This document shows, piece by piece, positions 12,701 to 26,457 of a stretch of DNA of 64,000 nt. The stretch comes from Takakia lepidozioides (taxonomy: Eukaryota > Plantae > Bryophyta), in contig CM060732.1 of the NCBI GenBank assembly GCA_030704615.1, positions 55,614,001-55,678,000 on the forward strand. The letters are read 5' to 3'. The notes under the pieces were generated by a model. The model saw nothing but the letters and a program-made list of their open reading frames with translations. It ran no database searches and was not told where the DNA came from. A program made the position numbers and the translations under genes. Position 1 is the stretch's first letter, and each line of letters opens with the position of its first letter.

Positions 12701-14354
12701 AAGGGCAGTAGCCACACCAGCAGCTGCACCAGCAGCAGCAGCCACAACAACAGCTTCCACGAGTAGTAGTGGGACCAGTGGTACAATAACTACGACGGCC
12801 ACCCAAGCTACTGCTGCACCAGCACCAGTGGCGGTGCCTGCCTTCAACCCTGTTGTGGAGTTCTTCGAAGAGTTGAGAAGAAACTACCAAGGGGTGAGGA
12901 CAGAGAAGTTGAGGAGCTTGCAAGAGTTCCAGAGGAAACCTACTGAGAGCTTGAGGGAGGCTTTCACTCGCATGAGGCGTTTGATAAATGTAACCCAAGG
13001 GGTTACGAAGGCTCAGGCAGTCCAGTTCTGGTACGGGATATTGGACAAAGAGCTGAGGAGAAGGGTGTGGGATGCAACTCTTCTACAAGCGGCCCAACCC
13101 ACCTTAGCAAATGTGTTTTTGCTGGCGGAGCGGATAGAGCTCAACATGGTGGAGGAACGAGTGGTCATGGTGGGATTTGCTAAGGAGGCACCACGGGGTA
13201 GTGGTGCTCCTAGCCAGCCACTACCTCAACGTGCTCAAGGCAGCAAGGGAGCTCAGGTGAAGCCTAGGGAAGGGCAGAGAGGACCTCAGATGCAGGGGTC
13301 TCTCCCTTCATTTGCTAGCCAACAGCGGGCGGATGTGGTATGCTGGACATGTGGAGGACCCCATGTCAAGAAGGATTGCCCAGAGGGAGGCAATGGTTTG
13401 GCACCGGCACAGCCTGCACAGTTGCAATGTGGGCATTGTGGCAAGTACGGGCATGGAGAATCCCAGTGCTATGGTTTGCACCCTGAGTTGTGCCCAGGCC
13501 AGTTCCAAGGGAACAATGGTGGCCGGGGGCGAGGTGAAGCAGCCCAGAGAGGACGAGGTGGCCAGACACGAGGTGTAGGCCAATGACAAGCTCAACATGG
13601 CCAAGGACGCAGAGGTCAGGGTGGTGACCAAGGCATGGCCAACCGGCTTCAGCAGCTAGAGCAGAGGCTCGCTGCCATGACCACAGCTCAGGTGGTACTG
13701 GCTCCAAGGCCGGATGGTCCACCTCCTGCTCCTGAGGGAGGAGACATGAGAGGCATAGGATTAATGTGCGGGGCAACACTACCACTAGTGAGGGGTGCCA
13801 CTACCACTACCACTATGTGCGGGGCAGCACTACCACTAGTGCAAGTGGAGTCAGCTGCGGCAGTGACTCGAAGAGCAGCACGAGTTCCTGAGCCACGGGG
13901 TGCGGAGGTGGAGTTGGATCCACAACGTGGGGAGGCAAGCCGTCAGACCAGGCTTCCTCAGTCATTCACATTGGCGGAGACAGTGTCGACGCCGTCCATG
14001 GCACCTAGTTCTCGCCCGACTGTTACCAAGGCAGAGGTTACTATGCCATTGGGGAGAGCTATACGAGCAGCACCACTACCTAGTGTTGCCAAGGCTATGG
14101 CAGCTAGTGTGCTGCTGGGGGCGGCCACAGCTGTATGCCAAACTCCATTGTTCTCGGCTACCATGATTACGACGCCGGGGGTAAGACCAGCTGAGGTGTT
14201 CAGGCTGGCATCGACACTCTGTGAGAGTGGGGAGGTTACTTCATCTTCTGCGGAGATAGTGGGAGGTGTAGTGCCGGAGGGATCCTCGGATGTGAGGGTC
14301 AAGACTGCCACGGCGGCGCCATGGCAAGCTGTAGCTGCCAGGTTGATGGAGCTG
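9797..14354 (+). mobile_element. DNMT-gypsy family copy 2: LTR-like terminus B, long leader and gag; 3' part lost
   Basis: gag and leader highly similar to 54167-56036; last residues ARLMEL continue into the protease in copy 3; linkage of terminus B to this gag is by adjacency only. Confidence 0.75.
12243..14354 (+). pseudogene. Gag with two zinc knuckles (one internal TGA at 13584)
   Basis: LDDFIQEFDSWC, CWTCGGPHVKKDC, CGHCGKYGHGESQC; ORFs 12243 and 13635 are in the same frame. Confidence 0.85.
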
Positions 14355-17300
14355 CGGGCTGCCTGGATCTGGCTCTGGGGGGACAAGGAGTGTGGGAAGT
14401 AGTGCAACTGGAGCTGGGAATATTGTGAATATCGTGGGGCCAGTAGCAGGGAGTGCTCAAGGGCCACCACTTGGTGGAAGATCCACCACAACAACAACAG
14501 GTCCTGAAGGACCAGCACCAGCAAGGGTGCCAGCACTTGTCAGTGGGCAGAAGGTAGGGCCACAGATGGCGTTACAACCAACACGGGCAAAACCACCTTT
14601 TCCAGTATATTCAGGAAAAGGGGATCCCGATGTACACATTAGCCAATTTGAGCACATGTGTATAGTGAACAATGAGAATGGCGATGATGCCAAGATGAGA
14701 TTGTTTCCTGGTTCACTTATCAAGAAAGCAAGTGAATGGTATGCAAGATTCCCCGATAATCATTTTCTAACCTGGAATGGCTTGAATACAACATTCCGAA
14801 ATAGGTTCAGGACAAGTAAAACTGAGGATGAAGTGTATGGAAGTTTACAACAGTTAAAGCAAAAGAAGCATGAAACTGTTGAGGAGTATATGGAAAAGAT
14901 GGAATTGATGATGAAAAAGCTGGCTGCTGTACCAGCACCAGGTTTACAGAAGACTTGGTTTGTGAGTTGACTAAGACCAGAGTTGCAGAAGAAAGTGGAT
15001 ATGTTACCTATAATACAGTGGAGGAGGCATTTGAAACTGCAAACAAAATTGAGCAATTGGGAATGCTCAGGAGAGAGAAAAGGGATGATGAGGACTCTGA
15101 GGATGAGTCAGATGAAGAAGAAGAGCAAGAACTGAAAAGGAAGAGTAAGAGAAAGGAGAAGTTGAAGAGGGATAACTATGAGAAAAGATTAGAAGAAATC
15201 TTGAAGAAGTATGCCGCAGAGGCTGTAACACATTGGAGGAAGGGTGTTTGGTGTGCAAAGTGCCAGAATGAAGGCCATACCACCACTGAATGCCACATGA
15301 AGGAGAAACACTGTACTATCTGTAAAATGGATAACCATTCTACTGAGAATTGTTACTACAACAGAAGGACAGCTGCAAGAGAACCTAGGCAAGTAAGGGT
15401 GCATCAAGTGCAGCCCCAGCCAAGAAGAAACAATGATCAGGAGCACTATGGTAGGCCTGGTGGTTATAACAATAGCATGGAAGGGAGAGGTAATTCAAGA
15501 GGGAATTACCAAAGAAATTCCAAAGGCAACTATCAGGGTAATCCAAGGGGGAATTACCAGCCCGGGAATCAGGATTACAGAAATAATCCAAGAGCAGACC
15601 AAGGGCGAGGACCCAATGGTGAAGAACTGTGTTACTATTGTAATCAGCCAGGACATCGCAAAGCAGCCTGTTCATTCTGGATTAGACACCAGAATGAGAT
15701 GAGAGCTCCTGTGAATGATGGCCCAGTGGTGGCAGCTCACATGGGTAGGCCATGTGTTGTACCAGAAGTAAGTACAATGATAGTAACAAGAAGCAAAGCT
15801 AAACAAATACCTCCAGTAGTTGAGGAAGATGCTGATAATGAAGGTGGCAGTGATATGCCTGAAGATGATGAGGCTTGGAGAGATGAGAAGGAACTACACA
15901 AGGAAGTGGCAGATACCATAAGAGAAATGCAGAAGAGTACTAATATTCCTGTGGCAGATTCCTCTGATTCTGATGGAGAAGAAGAAGTGAGTGAGGATGA
16001 AAGAAAGAAAGAAGCTGCAGACATGCAAAGTAATGAAGGGACTTTGGCTGAAGTAATATGTCATATCAAAGCGGAGATTACCATTGGACAGCTATTGGCT
16101 GTGGCACCTTATTGTAGACACAGGCTGTATCAAGCAATCAATCGAATTGCCCAGGAGACAGGAAACACAGACCTGAACAGCAAGGTGACCAGTTATAATG
16201 TGAAGCCGGAAGGGCGAGAAACAGTCATGGACTTTGATGATTCTATGCCAGTAATCCAATTGAGAATTGGAAGCACAGAACTAACTGATGTACTAATAGA
16301 TGGAGGCTCTGGAGTAAATATCATGACAGACCAATTAAGACAGAAGCTTGGTCTAAGTAACATGAAACCAGCCCCATTTACAGTAACAATGGCAGATCAA
16401 AGGAGTGTACAGCCATTGGGATTAATAAGATGAGTTAAGATACAGATACAGAAGATGATCTTTATGATCACAGTAACTGTGTTGAAGATGGATGAAGTCA
16501 TGGAGGCTTACTCCTTATTATTGGGACGTCCGTGGCTGAAACAGGCCAGGGTATTCCATGACTGGAATTCTCAGTTACTAACCGTGCATAATGGGATGCA
16601 TGAGATACAAATTACCACAAAGAAATCTAGTAGATTACCTGCTACGAGAAGACCTCGAGGGGTCAGAGAGTATGACTGGAGAGGAGGACTGGATGAGGAG
16701 CAGGAAGCTACCCTGTTTGCGGCACACCCAGAATGGGAGCAGGTTGCAGAGATGCGGCTGGAAGGCCTAAGTTGTTTAAGAAGTATCTGCTGTGGTGTAG
16801 TGTCAGCAACACCAATTGAAGAGGAAACCAGCAGTTACTCATCACATTTCTATGAAGAAAGAGAAGGAGAAATGAAAATCCTAGAGGAACCAGCCACTGT
16901 GAGTTTACAGGATGAAGTGGTGACTGGTTGGACAATCACAGTTGATGAGCAGGTGAGGGAAGTGAATGTGGGAACTAAAGAGGAACCGAGGATGGTGAAG
17001 GTAGGAGCTGAATTGGAGCCAGAATTCTTTGAAGAAGCTAAGAGTTTGTTCATCAAATACAGAGATGTATTTGCTTGGAGCTATGAGGATCTAAAAGGGA
17101 TACCACCTGAAATCTATCAGCATAAGATTGAACTGGAACCAGGATCAGTACCAATCAAGCAGACAAGGTACAGAATGAATCCCAACTATGCACAGAAGGT
17201 TGGAGAAGAGATCAAGAAGTTGGCTGCGGCTAAGTTTATATACCCAATAGAGTATACAACTTGGTTGTCACCCATTGTGATAGTTCCCAAGAAGAATGGT

Positions 17301-20300
17301 AAACTAAGAGTTTGTGTGAACTACAAGAAGCTGAATGCTTGTACGAAGAAAGATCCTTTCCCTTTGCCATTCACAGAAGCAGTATTGGACACTGTGGCAG
17401 GCCATGAGATGTACTCATTCATGGATGGCTTCAGTGGTTATAATCAAGTGCAAGTGGCAGAAGAAGACCAAGGAAAGACAGCTTTCATCACAGACTAGGG
17501 TGCTTATGCATACAAAGTCATGCCCTTTGGACTTTGCAATGCACCAGCAACCTTTCAGAGAGTGATAAGTGAACCTTTTCATGAGTATCTGGATGATTTC
17601 ATGCAGGTGTTCTTGGATGATTTCAGTGTGTACAGCTCTAAGAATGAGCACTTGAATAAATTGGAGTTATGTCTGGCCAGATGTAGGATGAGAAGTCTGG
17701 GCCTGAATCCAGAGAAGTGTACTTTCTGTGTGAACTCAGGGGTGCTTCTGGGACACATTGTGTGTAAGAGTGGACTTCTTGTGGATCCCAGGAAAACAGA
17801 GGCCATTAAAGTCTCTCCACCACCAGTGAATGTTAAGAGTCTAAGGAGATTCCTTGGACAAACCAGCTATTACAGAAGATTTGTCAGGCGGTATGCACAG
17901 ATAGCAGCACCATTGAGCAAGCTTCTGAAGAAAGATGCAGTGTTTGCATGGACACCTGAATGTCAACAGGCTTTTGAGGAACTTACATTGTCAGTAACAA
18001 CTACACCTGTGCTGATTAATCCTCACTGGCAGGAAATATTTCATGTTCACTGTGATGCTTCTGGAGAAGCACTAGGAGCAGTGTTAGCCCAAAATATTAC
18101 AGGAATGATAGATTCACCTGTGTACTATGCTAGCCGATTGATGAATAATGCCGAAAGAAATTATAGCACAACGGAAAGAGAAACATTGGCAATGATCTAT
18201 GCAATGAAGAAATTCAGGCATTACCTATTGGACAAGAAGTTTATGTTCTATGTGGATCACCAGGCTCTGATATACCTGGTAAACAAACCTCTGATAAGCG
18301 GAAGAATAGCAAGATGGTTGATAATCTTGCACGAGTTTGAGTTCGAGGTTGTTTACAAGCCTGGGAGGCTGCATCTTGTGGCGGATCACTTGTCACGGTT
18401 CTCAACAGGACAACCAGCCACGGGAGTAGATGATGAATTACCAGATGCGAGTCTATTTGCAGTGGAGATGCAATGAAGTACAGATGACTGGTTAGATTGG
18501 CAGTGGCCAATCAGATACTACCTTGTTCATGGTCAGTGCCCACCAAGTTATGGAAAGGAGCAAAGAAAAAGAATTGCTATCAAGGCTCTACCTTACACTA
18601 TGGTAGGGAGCAGAATGTATAAGCTAGGACCAGATGGAGTGCTGAAGCGATGCTTATACCACCATAAAGTTAATAAAAGTTTTGGAGGAAGTTCATAAAG
18701 GAGTGGCAGGAGGTCATTTTGGAGAAGAGACTACCAGCAGGAAGATACTACATGCAGGTTATTGGTGGCCTAATTTGTTCAAAGATGTACACAAGTATTG
18801 TCAGAGTTGTGATGAATGTCAGAGGCTAGGACCTTTGCAGAGATCTGGGAAGATGGCTTTGCATCCTACAATGCCTACGGAACCATTTCAGAAATGGGGA
18901 CTAGACTTTGTTGGACCAATTAACCCACCAGCCAATAATACACAGAACAGGTACATAATTACAGCCACTGATTATACTACGAAGTGGGTGGAAGCTAAAG
19001 CTTTGAGGGACAACACAACCAAGTCCACAGCAAGGTTCCTGTATGAGAACATACTTACACGATTTGGCTGTCCCTTGGAATTTATCAGTGATCAGGGAAG
19101 TCACTTCATTAATGAGACCATTGAATTATTGACTAAAGAGTTCATGATTGTGCATATGAAGAGTACAACAGATTACCCACAGGGTAATGGACAGGCAGAG
19201 GCTACCAACAAAATACTACGTACTATCTTGGCTAAGATAGTCAATGCAAACAGAACGGATTGGGATACAAAGCTGCTGACAGCTTTGTGGTCATACAGGA
19301 CTTCATATAAAGTCATCACTAAGTATACACCATTCCAATTAGTTTATGGTATGGAAGCTTTACTTCCAGTGGAATTCCTGTTACCTACCATGAGAACGGA
19401 ATGGGGAAAGAGAATGGAATTGCAAGATTCAATTAAGGTCAGGAAACATGAATTATACCATGTGGAAGAAGTACGTGCTGATGCAGCTGATAACATGACC
19501 AGAATTCAGATGAAGAGAAAGGAACAGTTTGATGAAGGCAAGATAAAGACTTTTAAGACGGGAGATTTGGTTCTCTGGTTGCAGAAGAAGGGAAAGATTA
19601 AAGCTTCTAAGCTTAAATCACCATGGAAATGACCTTATGTCATACAAAAGATATATGATAACAACACCGCCATGTTACAATGCAAAAGCAGTCACGGGCT
19701 GCGCCAGTGATACCAACGGAGTATGGAGTAAGCCGAGCATATATGACCAGGGCGGGCAGAACAAGCGCGACACAGCCTATCACAGCCCATCAAGGCATGA
19801 CACAGCCTATCACAGCCCAGCACGGCGGGACACAGCCTATCACAGCCCAGCACGACGCGACACAGCCTATCACAGCCCATCACGGCGGGACACAGCCTAT
19901 CACAGCCCATCAAGGCGCGATACAGCCTATTACAGCCCAGCACGACGCCACACAGCCTATCACAGCCCAGCACGGCGCAATACAGCCTATCACAACCTAC
20001 CATAGCGTGTCACAGCCTATCACAGCTTACCACAGTGCAACACAACCTATCACAGCGTACCACAGTATGACACAGCCTGTCACAGCTCAACACAGCATAC
20101 TAGGGTTACACAATCCATAGAATCAGTGACAGGTGGACGTAGGATAACTTCAGGGAAATGGCCGGCGGAAGAAAGGACGGAAGCCAGTTTAGAAAGGGAC
20201 ACGTGGAAGTCAGGGCGCGACACATAGCTGAGAAGGAAGTGCAAGAACATGTGTCATCAAGAAAGAGGACAAGAATGGCCGTCAAAGTACCTACTTAGCA

Positions 20301-20532
20301 CGTCAATTCCGATGAATGGCGGGCCCATTAATGAATACGGAAAAAGGGCAACGGAACAAACGGCAAGTACAGAAAAGCGAAATTCTAGTCACATGTGTTA
20401 TCCTAGTGGACAGTCTAGCAGGGAAAGTCCACTAAAGAAAATTAAATCTAAAATCCAGTCACAGCGGTTACAGCCAATCGAAAGCCAGAAAAAAGATCAA
20501 GAAATTGGAGGGAATTTAAGCGCAAGAGTCGC
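14355..20532 (+). mobile_element. Truncated copy of non-chromoviral gypsy family B (gag-PR-RT-RH-IN)
   Basis: YSGKGDP gag, CCHC knuckles, LIDGGSG, FLDD, CDASG, WGLDFVGP; closely similar to 36530-42810 minus; point stops. Confidence 0.92.
19771..20090 (+). repeat. 30-bp tandem repeat (CACAGCCTATCACAGCCCAGCACGGCGCGA-like) in the gypsy B 3' region
   Basis: About 10 units visible; equivalent array at 36940-37290. Confidence 0.9.
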
Positions 20533-23500
20533 TTCTTGAAGAGAATTGGCCCTGGGTTGGCTTGTTTTCCCATTGGCCGTCCTTTCACTTCTCCCTCCTT
20601 GTAGACCTCCTTTTCCTAATACGCTTGTGGGATGATTTAATAATTTCACTGTCTCATTGTCTAGATATATGCTAGTTTCTATTCTCAGGTTTATTTTGGT
20701 TTAGGGTTTATTTGCTCATTCTCCAAATATGTCTTGTAAGCAAAGTGCTTATCTAACGGGAGCCCCTTTGATGGACTGGTTTTTCAGGTCATGGTTGGTG
20801 ACATGGCACCTCAATTTGTTCATTGTGTGTCCCCTGGGCCAAATTGGCTTCTATGGCCACTAAGATAGCTACTGGTAATTACCTTCAATTAAAATTATTC
20901 TATAACATGGTTCCAACATCCCTTTGGTACTTATGGACAAGTACTTACTGGTGTCTTTTGTACATGACAAAGGGCCTAGGAAGTAAATTTGACTCATAGA
21001 ATATGATTTTGAAAGGCGGATGGGAAATTGAGCTGCTATGCAAATAGCAAGTTTTTGCATGCTCATTTCCTCTCCTGTAGCATATCTCTTGGTTATTGTC
21101 AGTTATCTAATATTTTGTTGTTGTGTTGAAGAATATATTTAGGTTGATATATGTTGTGCTTGGTGTCATAGGTAGTGACAGTAGTGACTTGCAAAGCTTT
21201 TTGGTGTACAACCTAGTCCAGCAATGTATTGCCTACATTGCTTTCCTATGTCTATGCCCAGGCCCAGAATAGTAAATACATCAACTTACAATGTTGTCAT
21301 CAACTCATATCCACCAGATGAAAGTGAAAGATGAAACCACTTCGTCATTTCAAAACTCGTGTATGCTCATAGTAGCTTCATCAAAAGTTTTCCAGAACCG
21401 AGATTCCGGTACCCAAGACAAATTGTCAAAAAACTAGAGCCAGAGTGCCTCCCACAGGCCAGCTGCCTAGAGTGAAAGAAAGACAGAATGAAGGTTTTAA
21501 ACTTTGTAAGAGATCAAAGATTAACTATCTATCACAAATTTGAGTTTGGGTTGGTGTTGGTTGAGCTTTTCGTCTTCGTTGTCATGCATCGACTATGAAA
21601 GTACCCTCATTGAATGACCTCCTGAAACAAAAAGAAAAGAACTTGGCATCATCCAGATTTTGTATCCAGTGGAGCGGAGCGTGCCATTTGCAAATCTTAG
21701 AGGCATAAATTGGCCCAGCATAACTCAACAGTTACAACAAACCTATGAGACGGGATAGAATACACATTGGGCTCTTGACCGTACTATTATTGTCGATTAT
21801 CTGTGTATATTACATTAACCCTCTTAGTCTTCTCACATTGAGTATTAAAGGTATCCAAAAAGCAGCTCAAATGCCTAATGCAATGCTAATAACCTACGCT
21901 AAAGACACCCTTGAACTAATTAACCTATGGAGGGAGCATGAACTGTACCTTCGGCCAAATGTCCAAATGAGCGTGGTCTCTCTGACTCAAAAGCTTCTTC
22001 TCCTGCGTAACCTCCCATACCAACAATTAGCTTTAGCCAAAAGAACACAAAGATGATGCACTACTCAACACTGCAATCAGATTCAATAAGCTTGTCAAGG
22101 GATCCTGACTGCAGTTTTACCTCCTGAAGTTCACGTTCACCACGCTTGATCATTCTCTTCATGGAGCTCTAGTGTATATTCTCTAATTTTCCTATTGGCT
22201 GGGCTTCCATATCACCCATACACCACACCCTCAGCTAAGCAGTTCCAAAGCAAAAACCAGAAGTTCAGCTGAGATGGTTAATAGTTGTGACACTCATAAC
22301 TTTCTTAAATTCATAGTGAGCAGGAAACCTAGGTTTGACATTTAAGTCTGCATCATACAATCTTATCAATGTCCGATCCAAATCACTGTCCGTCTGCATC
22401 ATGTCCCTTCCAAATCTTCACATATTCATTAACAACTTCTTGTACAATGGGCATATATATGTGAATAGAAGATTCATGTTGCCACGAATCGTATCCAACA
22501 ATCCATCATTGAACATCGCCTGGAAGCAATTTTTGTAGTAGAACATTACTCTCTCCTATAGATGCCGCCAAAAGTGTTCAATCCTCTAATGTGGGGATCC
22601 CACCACACAAAATATTAAAAATATGCACAAAATCAAATATAAATAAGTTTTCAATGATTGATAGAGATGAACAAAGAACAGTTGACATGCAAGATAGAAT
22701 TGTCTACAACACTAACATGATTATGTGTAGAAGACCCAGTCAGCTAGTTTTTGCAGTTCAATTGAATTGCCCTTCCAATTCAATTGAATTGCGCATTTTT
22801 AGGGGGGTGATAAAGTGAATTGCGATGCATTTCACATCAAAGCCTTTTTGGGATTCCCTACATCTGTTCCATTTTTTTACAAACCCACATGCTCATGTGT
22901 TCGTGTACATGCTGCATGGTGAATCAAGTAAGAATTTGCATGATGATTCTTGTAATGATGTAATTGACTTGTGCTCAGACAAAGCCTGTGCAATGTTGGG
23001 AGTCACATGCAAGCCTAGGTACCGTCCCTAGACAACCGTTTAGGCATTTTTGCACCTAATAATAAATTCAATCAATCAGCAAATTAGGCACGTTTTGAAA
23101 ACCATTTCTCACATTAGGCATCTTCATGCTATAATTTTTTAGAATTAGGCTCATGACAAGAGAAAACATTTATTTTCTTAAGAATAAAATTACAAAATAG
23201 ACACCCCAATGCCCATGGGCCCTTCCAGGCTCCAGCTACCTTTCATTTCCTTTGAAACCCTAATATGATGACATTGTGGAGTCCATGCAAGGGCCTTTTC
23301 GAAGTTACATGGAGCTCTCGCAAATAGATTGCGATTTGTAGGAAGTTATTTCTGCACGCATATATTTGTATTGATTTTTGTTCAATGAAATTTTGATCTT
23401 ATACAAACAACAGGAGAAGAGACTTGCAAGTTTTTTGCTGGAATTTTCTGAGTTGAGGAGAATTCTTTCAAGGAGTCCAAGACAGATTTGTAGTGTGAGA

Positions 23501-23834
23501 AGGTAAACCTAGAAAAACCTTACACCTACCGAACTCGCTGTAGTCTCGGGGCAGGCGGAGGTCGGACTCAGTATGGTACAAAGGAAACATAAGAAACGGC
23601 ACGGAAGCAAGTGGATGGAGCCTACCGGGACTAATACTGTGTGAGCAATCCACAATGGAGCAGAGGCAACACCTTGTTGGAATTGAGAGGGAAGGGGAAG
23701 AAGCTCCTTGATGTGCTTTCAAGATGTCGAGGACGAGGGGAATGCAAGGTGCTGGAGTGGAGCAGATGTCACGAGTTAACTCTCGTGTGCTGATTTCTCT
23801 ATGAAATAAAGGAAGCTATGCTTCTCGGTAGCTT

Positions 23835-23990
23835 TTACCCCCCTCCCTCTGTTAAACTGCACATTCCAAGACTCTCTCTGAACTTCTCCAATTTGATCCG
23901 TCCCAACGGCTTTGTGAAAATATCAGCCACTTGTTCGCAAGTTGGCACATGAATTAGATCTATCTCCTTGCTTTCAACCTTCTCTCGCGT
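23835..23990 (-). pseudogene. Ty1/copia RNase H C-terminal fragment plus PPT
   Basis: REKVESKEIDLIHVPTCEQVADIFTKPL followed by GAGGGGGGGTAA. Confidence 0.8.
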
Positions 23991-24211
23991 ATGAAGTGGT
24001 GGTGCACTTGGATATGCTTCGTGTAACCCAATGCATCCAAGTACAGGTACATAAATGCTAGTGTGATCCGAGCTTGTGACATCCACACAGGGGGAGAAAC
24101 TGTGTGGTGGTTTGTTGGATGTTTCAAGTTTTCTTTGAAGTATGTTTGTGCCAGTGTGTGTAACTCTAATTTTACGTCTGTCCATATGCAGGGAGGTACT
24201 GCTGTCAGACC

Positions 24212-26457
24212 TTGACCATGACCACTGCTTTTGAAAGGAGACCCAGAAAAGGAGTCAACAAGAACTCTGCTGGCACTTGTGGGAATGCGATGACATTATG
24301 TAAGGTGGGAAAACTGAAAGAGGCACTTCAAATTTTGAACCAGCAAGGCATTTCAGCAGATGCCAATACTTACATCTGTCTCTTGCAGGAGTGTATCAAA
24401 ATTAAAGACCTAGAAACAGGAAAGGAGGTGCATGCCCATATAATCCAAAGTGGATTCAAGCCAGGCGTCTTTCTTCTGAACACGCTTATCAACATGCATG
24501 CCAAGTGTGGGAGCGTGGTGGATGCACGTCAAGTGTTTGACCTAATGCCTGAACGAGATGTCTATACTTGGACTATGATGATAGCAGGATATGCCCGCAT
24601 GGGCATGGTAAGGAAGCTTTTGAGATCTATGAACAAATGATACAAGAAGGAGTGACACGCAACAGGGTTACATTCATCTGCATTCTCAAGGCTTGTGCCA
24701 GCCTCAGAGCCTTGGGAAAGGGCAAAGAGATCCATGCTGAGATCACCAAAGCTGGAATTGGGCCATATATTAATCTGAATATCCCTTGTTAACATATATG
24801 CAAAATGTGGGAGTATGAAGGATGCACATCAAGTGTTCCACAAGATGACTGAAAGAGATATGTTCTCATGGAATGCTATGATTTCAGGATATGCTCAACA
24901 TGGGTGTGGTAGGGAGGCTGTGGAGATTTATGAGCAAATGATGTGCGAAGGAGTGAGCCCTGACAAAGTCACATTTATCTGTGTTCTCAATGCATGTACT
25001 AGCCTGGTAGCCCTGGAAAAGGGCAAAGTGGTCCATGCTGACATCGTCAAAGCTGGATTTGGGCCTGACATTATTCTGGAGACTGCTCTTGTTAGCATGT
25101 ATGCAAAATTTGGCCAGATGAAGGATGCGCACCAGGTATTTGATAATATGGTCAAACGAGATGTGGTCTCATGGAATGCGATGATTACAGGATATGCTCA
25201 GCATGGATGTAGTAGTAGGGAGGCTTTTGAGATTTATGAGCAAATGATTCTGGAAGGCGTGAAGGCCACAAGGGTCACATTCATCTCCCTCCTCAATTCA
25301 TGTGCCAGTCTAGGCAGCCTGGGAAAGGGCAAAGAAAGGGCAAAGAGGTTCATTCTGAGATTATCAAAGGTGGCATTGTGGCAGCCATCATTCTGGAGAC
25401 CACCCTTGTCGATATGTACACCAAATGCAGAAGCATGAAGGATGCCCATCAAGTGTTTGATAAGATGGCCGAACAAGATGTGGTCTCATGGAGTGCAATG
25501 ATAGCAGGATATGCTCAGGATGGCTCTGGGTGGGAGGCTATCGAGATGTACAAGCAAATGATACAGGAAGGGGTGACACCAAATAAGGTCACATTCATTA
25601 GTGTTCTCAATGTGTGTGCTGGCCTGGCAGCCCTGGGAAAGGGCAAAGAGATCCATGCTAACATGAGCAAAAGTGGAATTGTGCCAGATGTTATTTTGCA
25701 GAATACCCTTGTAGACATGTTTGCGAAATGTGGGAGCGTGAAGGATGCGTGTCAAGTGTTTGAGAATGTCTAAGAGAGATGTGATCTCATGGACTGCGAT
25801 GATTGTAGGATATGGCCAGCATGGGTATGGTAAGGAGGCCATTCAACTGTTTGAACAAATGCAACAGGAAGGGTTGAAGCCAAACACCATCACATTTATA
25901 TCTCTTCTCTCTGCCTGTAGCCGTATGGGCCTAGTGGATGAAGGCCGTCACTACTTTAATTCCATGAGTGAAGATTATGGCCTGACTCCTACTGTGGAGC
26001 ATTTTGGCTGCGTGGTGGACCTTCTTGGCCGTGCAGGGCGATTGAATGAGGCAGAGGATTTTATTGACAAAATGCCAATTGAACCAGATGCTGGCGTGTG
26101 GGGGGCCTTTCTTGGTGCCTGCAGAACTCATGGCGATCTGGAGCGAGCAGAACGTGCGGCAAAATGCCTTCTCAATTCAGATCCACAGCACACTCCCACT
26201 TATATGCTGCTATCAAACATCTTTGCTGTGGCAGGAAGGTGGAAAGAGCAAGCAGAAGTGAGAAAAATGATGGTAGAGAGAGGTGTCAGAAAGGAGCCAG
26301 CACGCAGCTGCATTGAGGTGGACAACCAGGTGCATACATTTGTTGTAGAAGACAAATTGCATCCACAGATTGATGAGATTCATGCTGAGCTGAACAGATT
26401 GTCTGGCCAAATGAAGGAGGCTGGGTATGTTCCTGACATGCGCTTTGTATTACATGG
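24212..26457 (+). pseudogene. PLS-class PPR protein with E1/E2/E+ and truncated DYW (organellar RNA-editing factor type); about 4 frameshifts
   Basis: Repeated LV.MYAKCG..DA..VF..M..RDV.SW.AMI.GY; HFGCVVDLLGRAG; KEPARSCIEV; HPQIDEIH; GYVPDMRFVLH, then similarity ends. Confidence 0.9.

Noticed and set aside
13584-13586. TGA after gag as a programmed stop
   Set aside because: Copy 3 has GGG at this codon, so the stop is copy-specific
19637-20120. Repetitive ORFs (TQPITA / DTAYHSP)
   Set aside because: Translations of a 30-bp tandem repeat that is open in several frames
20540-23800. Possible gene remnants (e.g. 21900-22590 minus)
   Set aside because: Too degraded to assign without a database search
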